Positions 44,002 through 53,713 of a stretch of DNA of 64,000 nt are shown here, in pieces. Numbering within the stretch: the stretch's first letter is position 1; each line of letters starts with the position of its first letter. Origin of the DNA: Chloroflexota bacterium (GTDB lineage: Bacteria > Chloroflexota > Anaerolineae > Promineifilales > Promineifilaceae). The stretch is from assembly GCA_024277135.1 (NCBI GenBank), contig JAJRVV010000103.1:1207-65206 (forward strand), written 5' to 3'. Made by a program: the position numbers and the translations under genes. The notes below the pieces were generated by a model that did not search any database, was not told the origin of the DNA, and was given only the letters and a program-made list of their open reading frames with translations.

Positions 44002-44020
44002 CGCATGTCAGGAGGATTGT

Positions 44021-45085
44021 ATGAAGCAGATTCCCGTGATGATTTTAGGCGCCGGCGGCGTGGGGCAGGCGCTGCTCCGGCAAATCGTGGACGGCCGTGC
44101 CCAGACAATCAATCGCGCCCACTGCCGGTTCAACATCATCGCCGTCGCCGACAGCCGCACCTGGCAGTTCCAGCCCGATGGCTTGAGCGACGAGCAACTG
44201 CGGGCCATCGTGGCCGCCAAACAAGCGGGAAAGCCGGTGGGGGGGAAACGGCCGTCCACCCTGGAAACCCTGAACGCCGCCCACGAAGCCAATCCGGCCC
44301 CCCACATCCTGGTAGATGTCACCGCCGAATCCGGCATGGAACTGGCGCTGGATCGCGCCCTGGCTCTGGGCTGGGGCGTGGCCATGGCCAACAAAAAAGC
44401 GTTGGCCGGCCCCTGGCAAACTGCCCAAAACTACTTCAATCAGCCCCAAATCCGGCACGAATCCACCGTCGGCGGTGGCCAGCCCGTCATCGCCACCCTG
44501 CGTTACCTGCTGGACACTGACGACCCCATCTACGAAATTGAAGGGCAGTTGAGCGGCACATTGGGCTTCATCTGCCAACAGCTTGACCAGGATGCCCCAT
44601 TCTCCGCCGCCATCGCCGCCGCCAAAGCCAACGGTTTCACCGAACCCGACCCCCGCCAAGATTTGGGCGGACAGGATGTGATGCGTAAGGCGCTGATTTT
44701 GGGGCGAATGGCCGGTTGGCCGTTAGCCGCTGCCGATATTCAGGTGGAGTCGCTCTATCCGGCGCAGATGGCGGCGTTAAGCGTGGCCGACTTCATGGCC
44801 CAATCCCCCCGACTGGATGATGCCATGCGGCGGCGCGCAGTTCAGGCGCGGCAAAATGGGCAGGTGTTGCGTTACGTGGCGCGTGTGGATGAAAAAGGGG
44901 GCCGCGTCGGCTTGCAAGCGATCCCGACCGGCAGCCCCTTAACCAACATGAAGTACATCAGCTTCCGCACCGAACGATATTCCGATGAACCCCTGCTGAT
45001 TGGCGGTAAAGGGGCCGGTGTGGAGATGACGGCCGCCGGCGTGTTGGGCGATATGATAGGGCTGGTTCGTGAAATGATGTCCTGA
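44021..45085 (+). CDS. hom: homoserine dehydrogenase
   Basis: MKQIPVMILGAGGVGQALLRQI Rossmann N-terminus; GKGAGVEMTAAGVLGDMIGL C-terminus. ATG at 44021 with GGAGG 5 nt upstream. Confidence 0.85.
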   Translation: MKQIPVMILGAGGVGQALLRQIVDGRAQTINRAHCRFNIIAVADSRTWQFQPDGLSDEQLRAIVAAKQAGKPVGGKRPSTLETLNAAHEANPAPHILVDVTAESGMELALDRALALGWGVAMANKKALAGPWQTAQNYFNQPQIRHESTVGGGQPVIATLRYLLDTDDPIYEIEGQLSGTLGFICQQLDQDAPFSAAIAAAKANGFTEPDPRQDLGGQDVMRKALILGRMAGWPLAAADIQVESLYPAQMAALSVADFMAQSPRLDDAMRRRAVQARQNGQVLRYVARVDEKGGRVGLQAIPTGSPLTNMKYISFRTERYSDEPLLIGGKGAGVEMTAAGVLGDMIGLVREMMS

Positions 45086-45109
45086 TTTCCCTGAAAAACG
45101 ACAGCTCTT

Positions 45110-45166
45110 GAGACTGGAGACTGGAGACTGGTTAATCCCTAATCTCCACTCTCTACTCTCCAATTC
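45110..45166. repeat. GAGACTG heptamer array plus partial inverted copy
   Basis: gagactggagactggagactgg ttaatccctaatctccactctctactctccaattc, between convergent genes. Confidence 0.75.
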
Positions 45167-46712
45167 GAGAGAAAGGAGACTGCACCAAATTCGTCTGGCC
45201 GCCAAAGGGAGTGTCTACGCCGTCTGGGTACTCAAACTGGCCTGCATCGCCCTCGTTCCGATGCAGAGCGGCGTGCAAAACACCCGTCGCCGCCGCCAGA
45301 TCAATTTCAACCGGCACATCCCGGTGGATGCCCGGCGATAAGGCTGCCCGCCCCACAATTTCCGATGCCGCGCCACCCACATCGTTGTAAATGACCAGCC
45401 AGACATCCCTGTCCAGGACGACCAGCGGCAGGATGACCGTGGCCGTGTCGCCGTCTGCGCCGATCTGCCACGCCTGATCTTGTGTCAGGAAGTAATTGCC
45501 GGGGTTGGTGGCAAAAGTGACGGAATTTTGGAACTGATCATTCACCCGCAGCGGCGGGTCGTTAACCGGAAAATCAAAATCATCCCCCGGTTCACTGTCT
45601 TCGTGGATGAGAATGTGCAGGGGAGAGGTGACGGCCGTCTCCACCACCGGTATCACAATCTGCTCATTCACTCCCGGCCGCAGCGGCGCAAAGCCAATTA
45701 TGCGCCCCGGCAGGCCATCCTCATCAAAATAAATCGCCAGCCAGGCCGGATCGTTGACAAAGACGCGCTCGACCACCACTTCGCCATTCACAATCGGTTG
45801 ATCCAGTACGAACACATCCAGGGGCAGGGTGACAGAGAAGGGAACGACCACCGGAGAGCCGTTCACCACCACCGGCGGCTCCATGTCCGCGCCATCCATG
45901 CGGTTGGGTTGGCCGGCGTCCTGGTGCAAAACCGCATAGAGCCGGGCGGTAGCCTGCCGCCATTGAATAGGAACGCTCAGGTTTGAATGTCTACCCGCTT
46001 CCACCCGGATAAACCCCAGCAAATCGCCCATCACTCCGCCGGCGTCGGCGTAGATGAGTAGCCAGCCCGGTTCCAAGGCAAAGACTTCGGCCACGGCAAC
46101 CTGTCCCGCTTCTGTCACTGACTGGCTGGCGATGGTGATGGCGGGCAAGGGCATGTCTAGGGTGATGGCGAATGAGGCGGCGGCCGTTTCCCCCGCCATC
46201 GGTTCATCCGCTCCTGGAAATTCAAACAGGCCGATTTTGCCGCCATCCGCGATGAGTACGGCCGTCAATTCCGGGCTGGCTTGCAATGGATCAATCGTCA
46301 CCGTCACCGACTCATTCAAACCGGGGGCGACGGCCGTAAAGCCCAATACTGCCTCCGAGTCCGGTTCTGCCAGCAGCGCCAGCCAGCCCGCTGCCGGCGA
46401 AACCACCTGTTGCACCAGGATACGGCCGTCCTCAACTACCGTCTGGTCCATCACCGACACCAGCGGCGCAATGGGCGTGGGCGAAGGCGTGGGCGTCGCT
46501 GTCGCCGTCGGCTGCGGCGTATTAGGGACCAAAGTCGCCGTCGGCGGTGTCGTCGGTGTGGGCGTTGCCGCCGGTTCCGAGCCACAGGCCGCCAGCAGCC
46601 ACAACATGATCAATAAAAAGAGCGCGTTCCGTTTCAACAAAGCACTTCCTTTCCTTTTTTTACGGGAAAACCCGCCACCCGCCGATTGTATGCAAATCCA
46701 TAAATCAAGCAA
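45153..46712 (-). CDS. lipoprotein with four tandem beta-sandwich-like repeats
   Basis: Lipobox LLIMLWLLAAC and TP-rich linker. Four homologous modules (GWLALLAEPD..., GWLLIYADAGG..., AWLAIYFDEDG..., VWLVIYNDVGG...). Exact start uncertain. Confidence 0.65.
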   Translation of the reverse strand: MLDLWICIQSAGGGFSRKKRKGSALLKRNALFLLIMLWLLAACGSEPAATPTPTTPPTATLVPNTPQPTATATPTPSPTPIAPLVSVMDQTVVEDGRILVQQVVSPAAGWLALLAEPDSEAVLGFTAVAPGLNESVTVTIDPLQASPELTAVLIADGGKIGLFEFPGADEPMAGETAAASFAITLDMPLPAITIASQSVTEAGQVAVAEVFALEPGWLLIYADAGGVMGDLLGFIRVEAGRHSNLSVPIQWRQATARLYAVLHQDAGQPNRMDGADMEPPVVVNGSPVVVPFSVTLPLDVFVLDQPIVNGEVVVERVFVNDPAWLAIYFDEDGLPGRIIGFAPLRPGVNEQIVIPVVETAVTSPLHILIHEDSEPGDDFDFPVNDPPLRVNDQFQNSVTFATNPGNYFLTQDQAWQIGADGDTATVILPLVVLDRDVWLVIYNDVGGAASEIVGRAALSPGIHRDVPVEIDLAAATGVLHAALHRNEGDAGQFEYPDGVDTPFGGQTNLVQSPFSRIGE

Positions 46713-46887
46713 CGATGACCGTGCAACGGGGTTAATACAGACATCCGATTTCTCGCTGTCGAGTAGGCTAATATCATGAGTGACAAGAAATCAGATTCTT
46801 GTAAGGGATTGGGGAAATGGATTGCCCCAACAGTCAAATTACGTTATAACGCAGCGCGTAATTTTTAGATTGGCAGAGGTTGAGTAG

Positions 46888-47853
46888 ATGAGTGTATCCG
46901 TCATAGTCACCGTCAAAAATGAAGGGGAAGCGATACGGCCGTTGCTCGATTCCCTCATGGATCAGGTGCGCCAACCGGACGAGGTTGTCATTTGTGATGG
47001 CGGTTCCAGCGACAATACCGTCGAAATCATCGAATCGTACCGGCGGTGGCTGCCCATCAAAATCGTCATTTCCGCCAACGCCAACATCAGCCAGGGGCGC
47101 AACCGGGCCATTGAGGCCGCCGCCGGCCCCATCATCGCCGCCACCGATGCCGGGGTGGCGCTTTCCCCCTACTGGCTGGCTGATTTGGTTCAGCCCATCG
47201 AACAAGGGGAAACGGCCGTCGTTAGCGGCTGGTTCGAGCCAGACCCGTACACCGATTTTGAAGTGGTCATGGGATCAACCGTCTTGCCCGCTCGTCAAGA
47301 CATCAATCCTGACGAGTTTCTGCCCTCCAGCCGCTCCATCGCTTTCCTCAAATCCGCCTGGGCCGAAGTCGGCTGCTATCCCGAATGGCTTGATTATGGC
47401 GAAGACCTGGTGTTTGACCTGGCTCTCCGCAAAAAATATGGCGCCTTTGTTTGGGCGGATACGGCCGTGGCCTACTATCGGCCGCGCGGCAGCCTGCGCG
47501 CCTACTTCCGCCAATACTACGCCTACGCCCGCGGCGACGGCAAAGCCAACTTATGGCCGCTGCGCCACGCCATACGCTACTTCACCTATCTGGTGGCCCT
47601 GCCTGCCATTTTCCGTCTCATCTGGCGCGAAAAACGCGCGGGTTGGCTGCTCCTCTTCGCTGGCGTCGGCGCTTACAGCAGCCGTCCCGCTCAACGCTTG
47701 TGGGAACACACCTGGGGTTGGCGGCCGCCGGCCCGCGTCCGCGCCTTCGCCCTCATCCCCATCATTCGGCTCATCGGCGATGTGGCCAAGATGATGGGTT
47801 ATCCGGTCGGGTTGTGGTGGCGTTGGCGTCACCGGCATCAAATTCCCGGCTAA
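46888..47853 (+). CDS. family 2 glycosyltransferase
   Basis: VSVIVTVKNEGEAIRPLLDSLMDQ...VVICDGGSSDNTVEII; C-terminal membrane helices. Confidence 0.8.
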   Translation: MSVSVIVTVKNEGEAIRPLLDSLMDQVRQPDEVVICDGGSSDNTVEIIESYRRWLPIKIVISANANISQGRNRAIEAAAGPIIAATDAGVALSPYWLADLVQPIEQGETAVVSGWFEPDPYTDFEVVMGSTVLPARQDINPDEFLPSSRSIAFLKSAWAEVGCYPEWLDYGEDLVFDLALRKKYGAFVWADTAVAYYRPRGSLRAYFRQYYAYARGDGKANLWPLRHAIRYFTYLVALPAIFRLIWREKRAGWLLLFAGVGAYSSRPAQRLWEHTWGWRPPARVRAFALIPIIRLIGDVAKMMGYPVGLWWRWRHRHQIPG

Positions 47854-47919
47854 AGTCGCTTTTTGAGGATAGAGGTGTTGTTTTAATCTGTTTTAATCAA
47901 CAAGCGACACAATGGCGTC

Positions 47920-47963
47920 AACAGCCTCTTGCTTTAACGAACAAGAGGCTGTTTGCGTTTCTC
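47920..47963 (+). terminator. intrinsic terminator nested in a longer stem
   Basis: AACAGCCTCTTG ctttaacgaa CAAGAGGCTGTT TGCGTTTCTC, flanked by the 11-bp pairing ATGGCGTCAAC / GTTGACGCCAT. Confidence 0.6.
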
Positions 47964-48030
47964 TCCGGCTGGCCTGGTTGACGCCATTTGCGGGGAAATA
48001 CCCTTCCTGCACCGAGCAGAAAACCTTGCT

Positions 48031-48240
48031 CTAGCAGTTTGTCGGAGAAGTTAGATTCTCCAAACAAAGATAATTTTGGTGTAAACTTTGGGCATGACAA
48101 GAAAATTCAGAACCGCCAACTACGAAAAGACATTAGCAGTTTGTCGGAAAACCCCATTCTGTAGCCGAGGTATCCTTACCTCGCCTCTGGGAACGCGGTA
48201 GGATATCGGGGTTGTAGCTACTTTTCCGACAGCCTGCTAG
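48031..48240. repeat. MITE-like element, copy 2 (duplicated left arm)
   Basis: Left arms CTAGCAGTTTGTCGGAGAA (48031-49) and TTAGCAGTTTGTCGGAAAA (48133-51); right arm TTTTCCGACAGCCTGCTAG (48222-40). The 41-nt core is identical to copy 1. The right arm supplies the murJ stop codon. Confidence 0.7.
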
Positions 48241-49844
48241 AGGGGAGGTTTTCCCAACCGGCTCTGAAGCAGGGCAGCCAACCGCCTAATTTCGCGGATG
48301 CCCAGCAAATAACTGGCGACAACATACACGGCCGCGCCTACCAGACTGCCCGCGACTACCTGCCACAAAACGGCCGTCTGCGCCAACCCCCGCAACGCCA
48401 GCCACATACCGCCCGCCATCACCCCGCTGGCCGCCAACATGCGCCACAAGCCGCTCCAGAGGAGACGGCCGTTCAGCCCGCCCATCTTCCGCCGCAGCAG
48501 CCAGAGCAGCGCCGCCGCCTCCACAAAATTAGAGAGGCTGAACCCCAACGCCAGCCCGCCCAATGGATGCCAGCCCAAAGCCGGGAACAGCCCCCGAATC
48601 AGCCAGACGCTCAGCCCCGCCATGGCCGCGATTTGGATAGCGCCCGCCAGCACCGGCGTCAGCGTATCGCTCAGGGCAAAAAAGGCGCGGTTCACCACCT
48701 CCAGCGCCGACAGCGCCAGCAAGCCCAACGCATAAAACAGCAGCGCCCAGGCCACCAGCCCGGCGTCTTCCGCCACAAACGCCCCGCGCTGGAACAACAG
48801 CACAATCACCGGCTGGCCCACCAGCATCAGCAGCGCGGTGGCGGGCAGCGCCAAAAACGCCAACAGGCGCAGGGAGTCGGACAGAATCCGGCGCATCTGG
48901 GCAAACGCTTCTTGCGCCGCCAGATCGGCCATGGTGGGAAAAGCGGCAATGCCCAGCGCCTGCCCCAACATCCCCTGCGGCATCAGCATCAGACGCAAGG
49001 CCAGCCGGGAGGCGGGCACGCTTTCCGGGGTGATGAGGCCGCTCAGGAACAGGGTGATAAAGGCGTTAACCTGGCTGAAGGACAGCCCCAACACGCGCGG
49101 GGCCATCAATTTGAGTACTTGGCGCACACCGGGATCACGCAGAGTGAAGACGGCCGTATACCGCGCCCCCTTCCACCTCAATCCCGGCAGTTGAATCAGC
49201 AAATGGCCCAACGCGCCTGCCACCGTCCCCCACGCCATCCCCGCTGCCGCGCCCAAATCGGTGCGGCCGCCCGCCACCGCCCCGGCAATAATCCCCAGAT
49301 TGTAGATAATGGGCGCAATCGCAGGCAAAAGAAAATGCTGCCGGGCTTGCAACGTCCCCATCATCACGCCGCTGGCGCCAAAAATGATGGAGGAAAGCAG
49401 CATGATCCGCATCAACCGCACCGTCAGCGGCAGCAGTTCCGGATTCTGGGCCACCAGCTTGGGCAAAAAAGTCTCGACCAATTCTGGCGCGAACAAGATA
49501 GCTGCGCCAGCCAGCGCCGTCACCGCTGCCACAATTAAATTGAGCACGCCAGAAAACAACCGCCAGGCGCCGGCATCGTCATCGCGGGCAAAATAAGCGG
49601 CAAAGGTGGGGATAAACGCCGAACCGATGGCGCCGCCAGCCACAATGAAGAAAATGGCGTCGGGGAACGTGATGGCGGCAAAGTATGCGGTCGCCTCTTG
49701 CTCCAGCCCCAGGTAGTTGGCCTGCACCATATCCCGCGCCAGGCCCAACAGCTTGCTCACCAGGAAGGCGGCGCTGACAATGCCAGCAGCGCGCATCACT
49801 TGTCGTCTGGCGGTTTGGGAGGCGGTCTCTGTGGCGTCACTCAT
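48237..49844 (-). CDS. murJ: lipid II flippase MurJ
   Basis: 535 aa, about 14 TM helices. N-terminal VSKLLGLARDMVQANYLG...AYFAAITFPD pattern of MurJ/MviN. Confidence 0.85.
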   Translation of the reverse strand: MSDATETASQTARRQVMRAAGIVSAAFLVSKLLGLARDMVQANYLGLEQEATAYFAAITFPDAIFFIVAGGAIGSAFIPTFAAYFARDDDAGAWRLFSGVLNLIVAAVTALAGAAILFAPELVETFLPKLVAQNPELLPLTVRLMRIMLLSSIIFGASGVMMGTLQARQHFLLPAIAPIIYNLGIIAGAVAGGRTDLGAAAGMAWGTVAGALGHLLIQLPGLRWKGARYTAVFTLRDPGVRQVLKLMAPRVLGLSFSQVNAFITLFLSGLITPESVPASRLALRLMLMPQGMLGQALGIAAFPTMADLAAQEAFAQMRRILSDSLRLLAFLALPATALLMLVGQPVIVLLFQRGAFVAEDAGLVAWALLFYALGLLALSALEVVNRAFFALSDTLTPVLAGAIQIAAMAGLSVWLIRGLFPALGWHPLGGLALGFSLSNFVEAAALLWLLRRKMGGLNGRLLWSGLWRMLAASGVMAGGMWLALRGLAQTAVLWQVVAGSLVGAAVYVVASYLLGIREIRRLAALLQSRLGKPPL

Positions 49845-50052
49845 GGCGGGGGATTATAAACCGACCAGCCAGGTTTTGGAAACCCGGCCGGTCTTCACCC
49901 AAATAAAATCGGGCTGACTCGTTGGAGCCAGCCCGCTTGTTTTTGGTGAGAGTCAGGAACGCCGAAACCTGACTCTCGTTAAAAGGAGGAGAAGAAGAAG
50001 AGATTTTTTACCCTTCACCGTCTATTCTATGATTGAATCCCGCCCATTGCAG

Positions 50053-50096
50053 TACGCAGAAACTACGCCAAACCTACGTTTTTGCTACGCAGCGCG
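50053..50096 (+). promoter_or_regulatory. four TACG(C/T) direct repeats at exact 11-bp spacing
   Basis: tacgcagaaac tacgccaaacc tacgtttttgc tacgcagcgcg; repeat starts at 50053, 50064, 50075 and 50086. Lies between divergent murJ and the LCP gene. Confidence 0.4.
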
Positions 50097-50214
50097 AGGA
50101 ATAGGCCGGTAATTGCGGGGCGGCGGGAAGGCAATTTTAGGTTATAATTCTGCCGGTATCGGTAATTTTCTTCACATAAAGTATAGCAAGGGAACTCTGA
50201 TTTCGATTAGACCT

Positions 50215-51735
50215 ATGGCACGCAAGTTTTTCTCCCGACCCACGCTTTTTGTCATCATCCTGCTGGTTGGCATCTTCGGCGTATTAGCCTGGCAGCAGGT
50301 GAGCCAATCCCAGGCGCAGCCGGCGCCAACCCGCGCCCTGGTCGCCCACGCCCCGCCGCCGCCGACCGCCACCTCTACCAGCCCGCCGCCGCCCACGTAC
50401 ACGCCCGCCGGAACCAACACGCCCGGCCCCAGCCTGACGGCATCCCCCTTCAGCACAAACACGCCGGAACCGACGGACACGGCCGTGCCCACCATCACCC
50501 CCACCAGCATCCCCCAATCCAACCCCACCATGGCCGTCACCGGAACCGGCCTGCTGCTAGACGGTGTTCCCACGCCTGTTACCCCCATCCCCTCGCCAGT
50601 ACCCACGTTTGAAGCGCCGGATAATGTCACCAATATCCTGCTGTTGGGACAGGACATGGAAGTGGAAACCGGCGATGTCCGCACCGACACCATGATCATC
50701 GTCTCGATCAATCGGGAAACAAAAACCGCGTCCATGGTATCTTTGCCCCGCGATTTGTATGTGTATTTACCCAATCACACCATGAATCGGTTGAACACGG
50801 CCGTCAAACGAGGCGGCGTGGAACTGCTGGAACAAACCATCCTGTACAATTTCGGCATTCCCATCCATTACTACGCCCTGGTCAATTTTGATGGATTCAA
50901 AGAGATCATTGACAGCATGGGCGGCGTCAACATCAACGTCAGCTGCCGGTTGGAAGATTGGCGTCTCAAATCGCCGGAACTGGACATTTATGATGAAGAC
51001 AATTATGAATGGTTTACTCTGGAACCGGGCGTGTACGACATGGACGGCGACACCGCCCTTTGGTATGCTCGCTCCCGGCTCACCAGCAGCGATTTTTACC
51101 GGGGATGGCGGCAGCAGCAGCTGCTGCGGGCCATCCTCAACCAGGGGATTGACCTGGGCATGATCACTGAAGCGCCCACTTTATGGGGCGTCTACAAAGA
51201 TCGAGTGGAAACCGACCTGGACATTGGCCGAATTTTGCAACTGGCTGCCATGGCGACGGCCGTCAAGGAAAACGGGGTCCAGCATTTGTACCTGGCGCGG
51301 GGGACGTATAACTGGACGGCCGAAACCGGCGCCCAACTGCTCCTGCCTCGATGGGAAGGCGCCAACGGCATGGAAGAAACTTTCACCAATCTGTTTGAAC
51401 CCATCGCCATGCGGAAATCCGGCAGGCAGGCTATTTTTGTGGAACTGATCAATGCCACCGACAATGAAGACCTGGCCATCCTGGCGGCGGATAACCTGGC
51501 GTGGCAGGGGTTTGCGCCGGTGATTGGCCCGGCCGAATATCAGGAAGATGCCCGCACCAGCATTGAGTATTTCGGCCCCAACTTCAAAGGTTCTTATAAT
51601 CAATTGGTAGCCTGGGTGTTTAATCGAGGCCAATCATCTACCAAACTGGTGGATGATCCTGATTACCCGTATGATTACCGGGTGACGCTGGGCGACGATT
51701 ATAATCCTTGCCGCGATGCGATTTACGCGCCCTAA
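50215..51735 (+). CDS. LytR-CpsA-Psr (LCP) family protein
   Basis: Start at MARKFFSRPTLFVIILLVGIF (TM anchor), then a PT-rich linker. ILLLGQDME...RTDTMIIVSINRETKTASMVSLPRDLYVYLP. Confidence 0.8.
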   Translation: MARKFFSRPTLFVIILLVGIFGVLAWQQVSQSQAQPAPTRALVAHAPPPPTATSTSPPPPTYTPAGTNTPGPSLTASPFSTNTPEPTDTAVPTITPTSIPQSNPTMAVTGTGLLLDGVPTPVTPIPSPVPTFEAPDNVTNILLLGQDMEVETGDVRTDTMIIVSINRETKTASMVSLPRDLYVYLPNHTMNRLNTAVKRGGVELLEQTILYNFGIPIHYYALVNFDGFKEIIDSMGGVNINVSCRLEDWRLKSPELDIYDEDNYEWFTLEPGVYDMDGDTALWYARSRLTSSDFYRGWRQQQLLRAILNQGIDLGMITEAPTLWGVYKDRVETDLDIGRILQLAAMATAVKENGVQHLYLARGTYNWTAETGAQLLLPRWEGANGMEETFTNLFEPIAMRKSGRQAIFVELINATDNEDLAILAADNLAWQGFAPVIGPAEYQEDARTSIEYFGPNFKGSYNQLVAWVFNRGQSSTKLVDDPDYPYDYRVTLGDDYNPCRDAIYAP

Positions 51736-51845
51736 TTTCACAACTCTAGCCAAGCCGTTGTGTTATTAAAATTGTGACTTACGGCCGTTCGGCCTTACGG
51801 CCAGGCCATCCCTATCCCCAATTCAGCAAGAACAGGAGACACTCC

Positions 51846-53174
51846 ATGAACGATAGACGCGAAATCCTGGGCTGGACGATGTATGACTGGGCCAATTCGG
51901 CCTTCAGCACCACCGTCGTCACCGCCCTGCTTGGACCATACATTCTAGCCCTAGCCGAATCCAGCAGCGCGCCGTTGATGATTTTTGGCACGGCCGTCGA
52001 ACCCGCCGCCATCTTCCCCTTCAGCGCCTCCATGTCCGTTTTGCTGCAAGTCCTTTTCTTGCCCCTGCTGGGAACCATCGCCGACTACACCCACCTCAAG
52101 AAAAAGATGATGATGGCTTTCGCTTACGTGGGAGCGGGGGCCACCATTCTGCTCTTTTTAGTCCAGGCCGACATGCCCATCCTCGGCACCAATGGCGCCA
52201 TTTTGCTGGCCAGCTTCCTGGTTATCATCGCCAACCTGGCCTTTGGCGCCGCTATCGTTTTTTACAACGCCTTTTTACCCGAAATCGTCTCCCCTGACCG
52301 GCGGGACGCCATCAGTTCCAAAGGCTTTGCCTATGGCTACCTGGGCGGCGGCCTGCTCTTGTTAGCCAATTTGGGACTGTTGCAAACGATGGAAGACACA
52401 GCGTTAGCCGTCCGCATCAGCCTGGCCAGCGCCGGGGTGTGGTGGTTGGCGTTCACCTACATTTTCCCGCAAAAACGGCTGGTGCAGCGCGATGCCGCCC
52501 GCCAACTGCCGGAAGGAACCAGCCTGTTTGCCCACGGCATTCGCCAGATTCGGCACACGCTTAACGAAATGCGTACCAAGTACCCGATGACTTTCCGCTA
52601 TTTGATCGCATACCTGATTTACAATGACGGTATCCAAACGGTCATCATCGTTGCCACCGCCTTTGCCGCTGATGAGTTGGGCGTGGAAACGACTAATTTA
52701 CTCCTGCTCGTCTTGATGATTCAGTTTATGGCCTTTGCCGGAGCGTTTTTCTTTGGCTGGCTGGCCGGGCGAATGGGGGCCAAACGAGCCATCATGATCA
52801 GCCTTGTCATCTGGTCGGGGGTTGTGATTTATGCCTTCGCTTTGTTGTACACCACGTTGCAGTTATTCATCCTGGGGGCGGCGCTGGCCATTGTGTTTGG
52901 CGGCTCGCAGGCGTTGAGCCGGTCGCTGTTCTCACAAATGATTCCGCGAGACCATGAGGCGGAGTATTTCGGCTTTTACGAAATCAGCGAACGGGGCACG
53001 TCATGGATTGGGCCGCTGTTGTTTGCGGCGGCGGTGCAGATCACCGGCTCCCAACGCATTGCCATTACGTCGCTGATTCTTTTCTTTGTGGCCGGTTTGC
53101 TGCTGCTCAGCCGGGTGGATGTGAAACAGGCGATGCTGGATTCGGGGAATGATCCGGAGGGGGTTATCCTGTAA
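51846..53174 (+). CDS. MFS transporter, UMF1/Atg22-like family
   Basis: MNDRREILGWTMYDWANSAFSTTVV N-terminus and 12 TM helices. Start at the ATG at 51846 behind GGAGA. Confidence 0.75.
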   Translation: MNDRREILGWTMYDWANSAFSTTVVTALLGPYILALAESSSAPLMIFGTAVEPAAIFPFSASMSVLLQVLFLPLLGTIADYTHLKKKMMMAFAYVGAGATILLFLVQADMPILGTNGAILLASFLVIIANLAFGAAIVFYNAFLPEIVSPDRRDAISSKGFAYGYLGGGLLLLANLGLLQTMEDTALAVRISLASAGVWWLAFTYIFPQKRLVQRDAARQLPEGTSLFAHGIRQIRHTLNEMRTKYPMTFRYLIAYLIYNDGIQTVIIVATAFAADELGVETTNLLLLVLMIQFMAFAGAFFFGWLAGRMGAKRAIMISLVIWSGVVIYAFALLYTTLQLFILGAALAIVFGGSQALSRSLFSQMIPRDHEAEYFGFYEISERGTSWIGPLLFAAAVQITGSQRIAITSLILFFVAGLLLLSRVDVKQAMLDSGNDPEGVIL

Positions 53175-53225
53175 TGTTCTGAGAGAGGTGCGACGCACTT
53201 TTCAAGCGCGTCGCACCTGGAGTTA

Positions 53226-53660
53226 TTAATCATCAAGCTCTCGTATCTTTTTTCGCGTTTGTTTCTTTTGTTTGCGCTGCCGTTTTTGGGACAGCCGCTT
53301 TTCCACGGCCGTCCGGCTGGGCTTAGTCGGTTTGCGTTTTTTGCGTTTGACGAGGGCGGCGGCCAAGAGGGCTTGGAAGCGGGCGACGGCCGTTTCCCGA
53401 TTCCGGTGTTGGCTGCGTGACTCCTGCGCATCAAGGCGCAGAACCCCCTGTTTATCCAGGCGGGTCGCCAGCTTTTTCAGCAGACGTTGGCGGGTTTTCT
53501 CATTCAGGCTGGGCGATTGGGCCACATCAAACAACAGCGTCACCCGCGTGGCCGAGCGGTTGGCGTGCTGACCGCCCGGCCCGCTGCTGGCGCTAAAACG
53601 GAATTCCAATTCGGCCGTTGGAATACTAAGATGTTGGTTAATAACGATGGTTTCATCCAT
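53226..53660 (-). CDS. arfB: alternative ribosome-rescue factor ArfB (peptidyl-tRNA hydrolase)
   Basis: GPGGQHANRSATRVTL GGQ domain plus a Lys/Arg-rich C-terminal tail. Confidence 0.85.
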   Translation of the reverse strand: MDETIVINQHLSIPTAELEFRFSASSGPGGQHANRSATRVTLLFDVAQSPSLNEKTRQRLLKKLATRLDKQGVLRLDAQESRSQHRNRETAVARFQALLAAALVKRKKRKPTKPSRTAVEKRLSQKRQRKQKKQTRKKIRELDD

Positions 53661-53713
53661 GCCTTGATTGTACCAGACCTGACAGCCTGACCACTTTTGG
53701 TTACACTCCGTTT

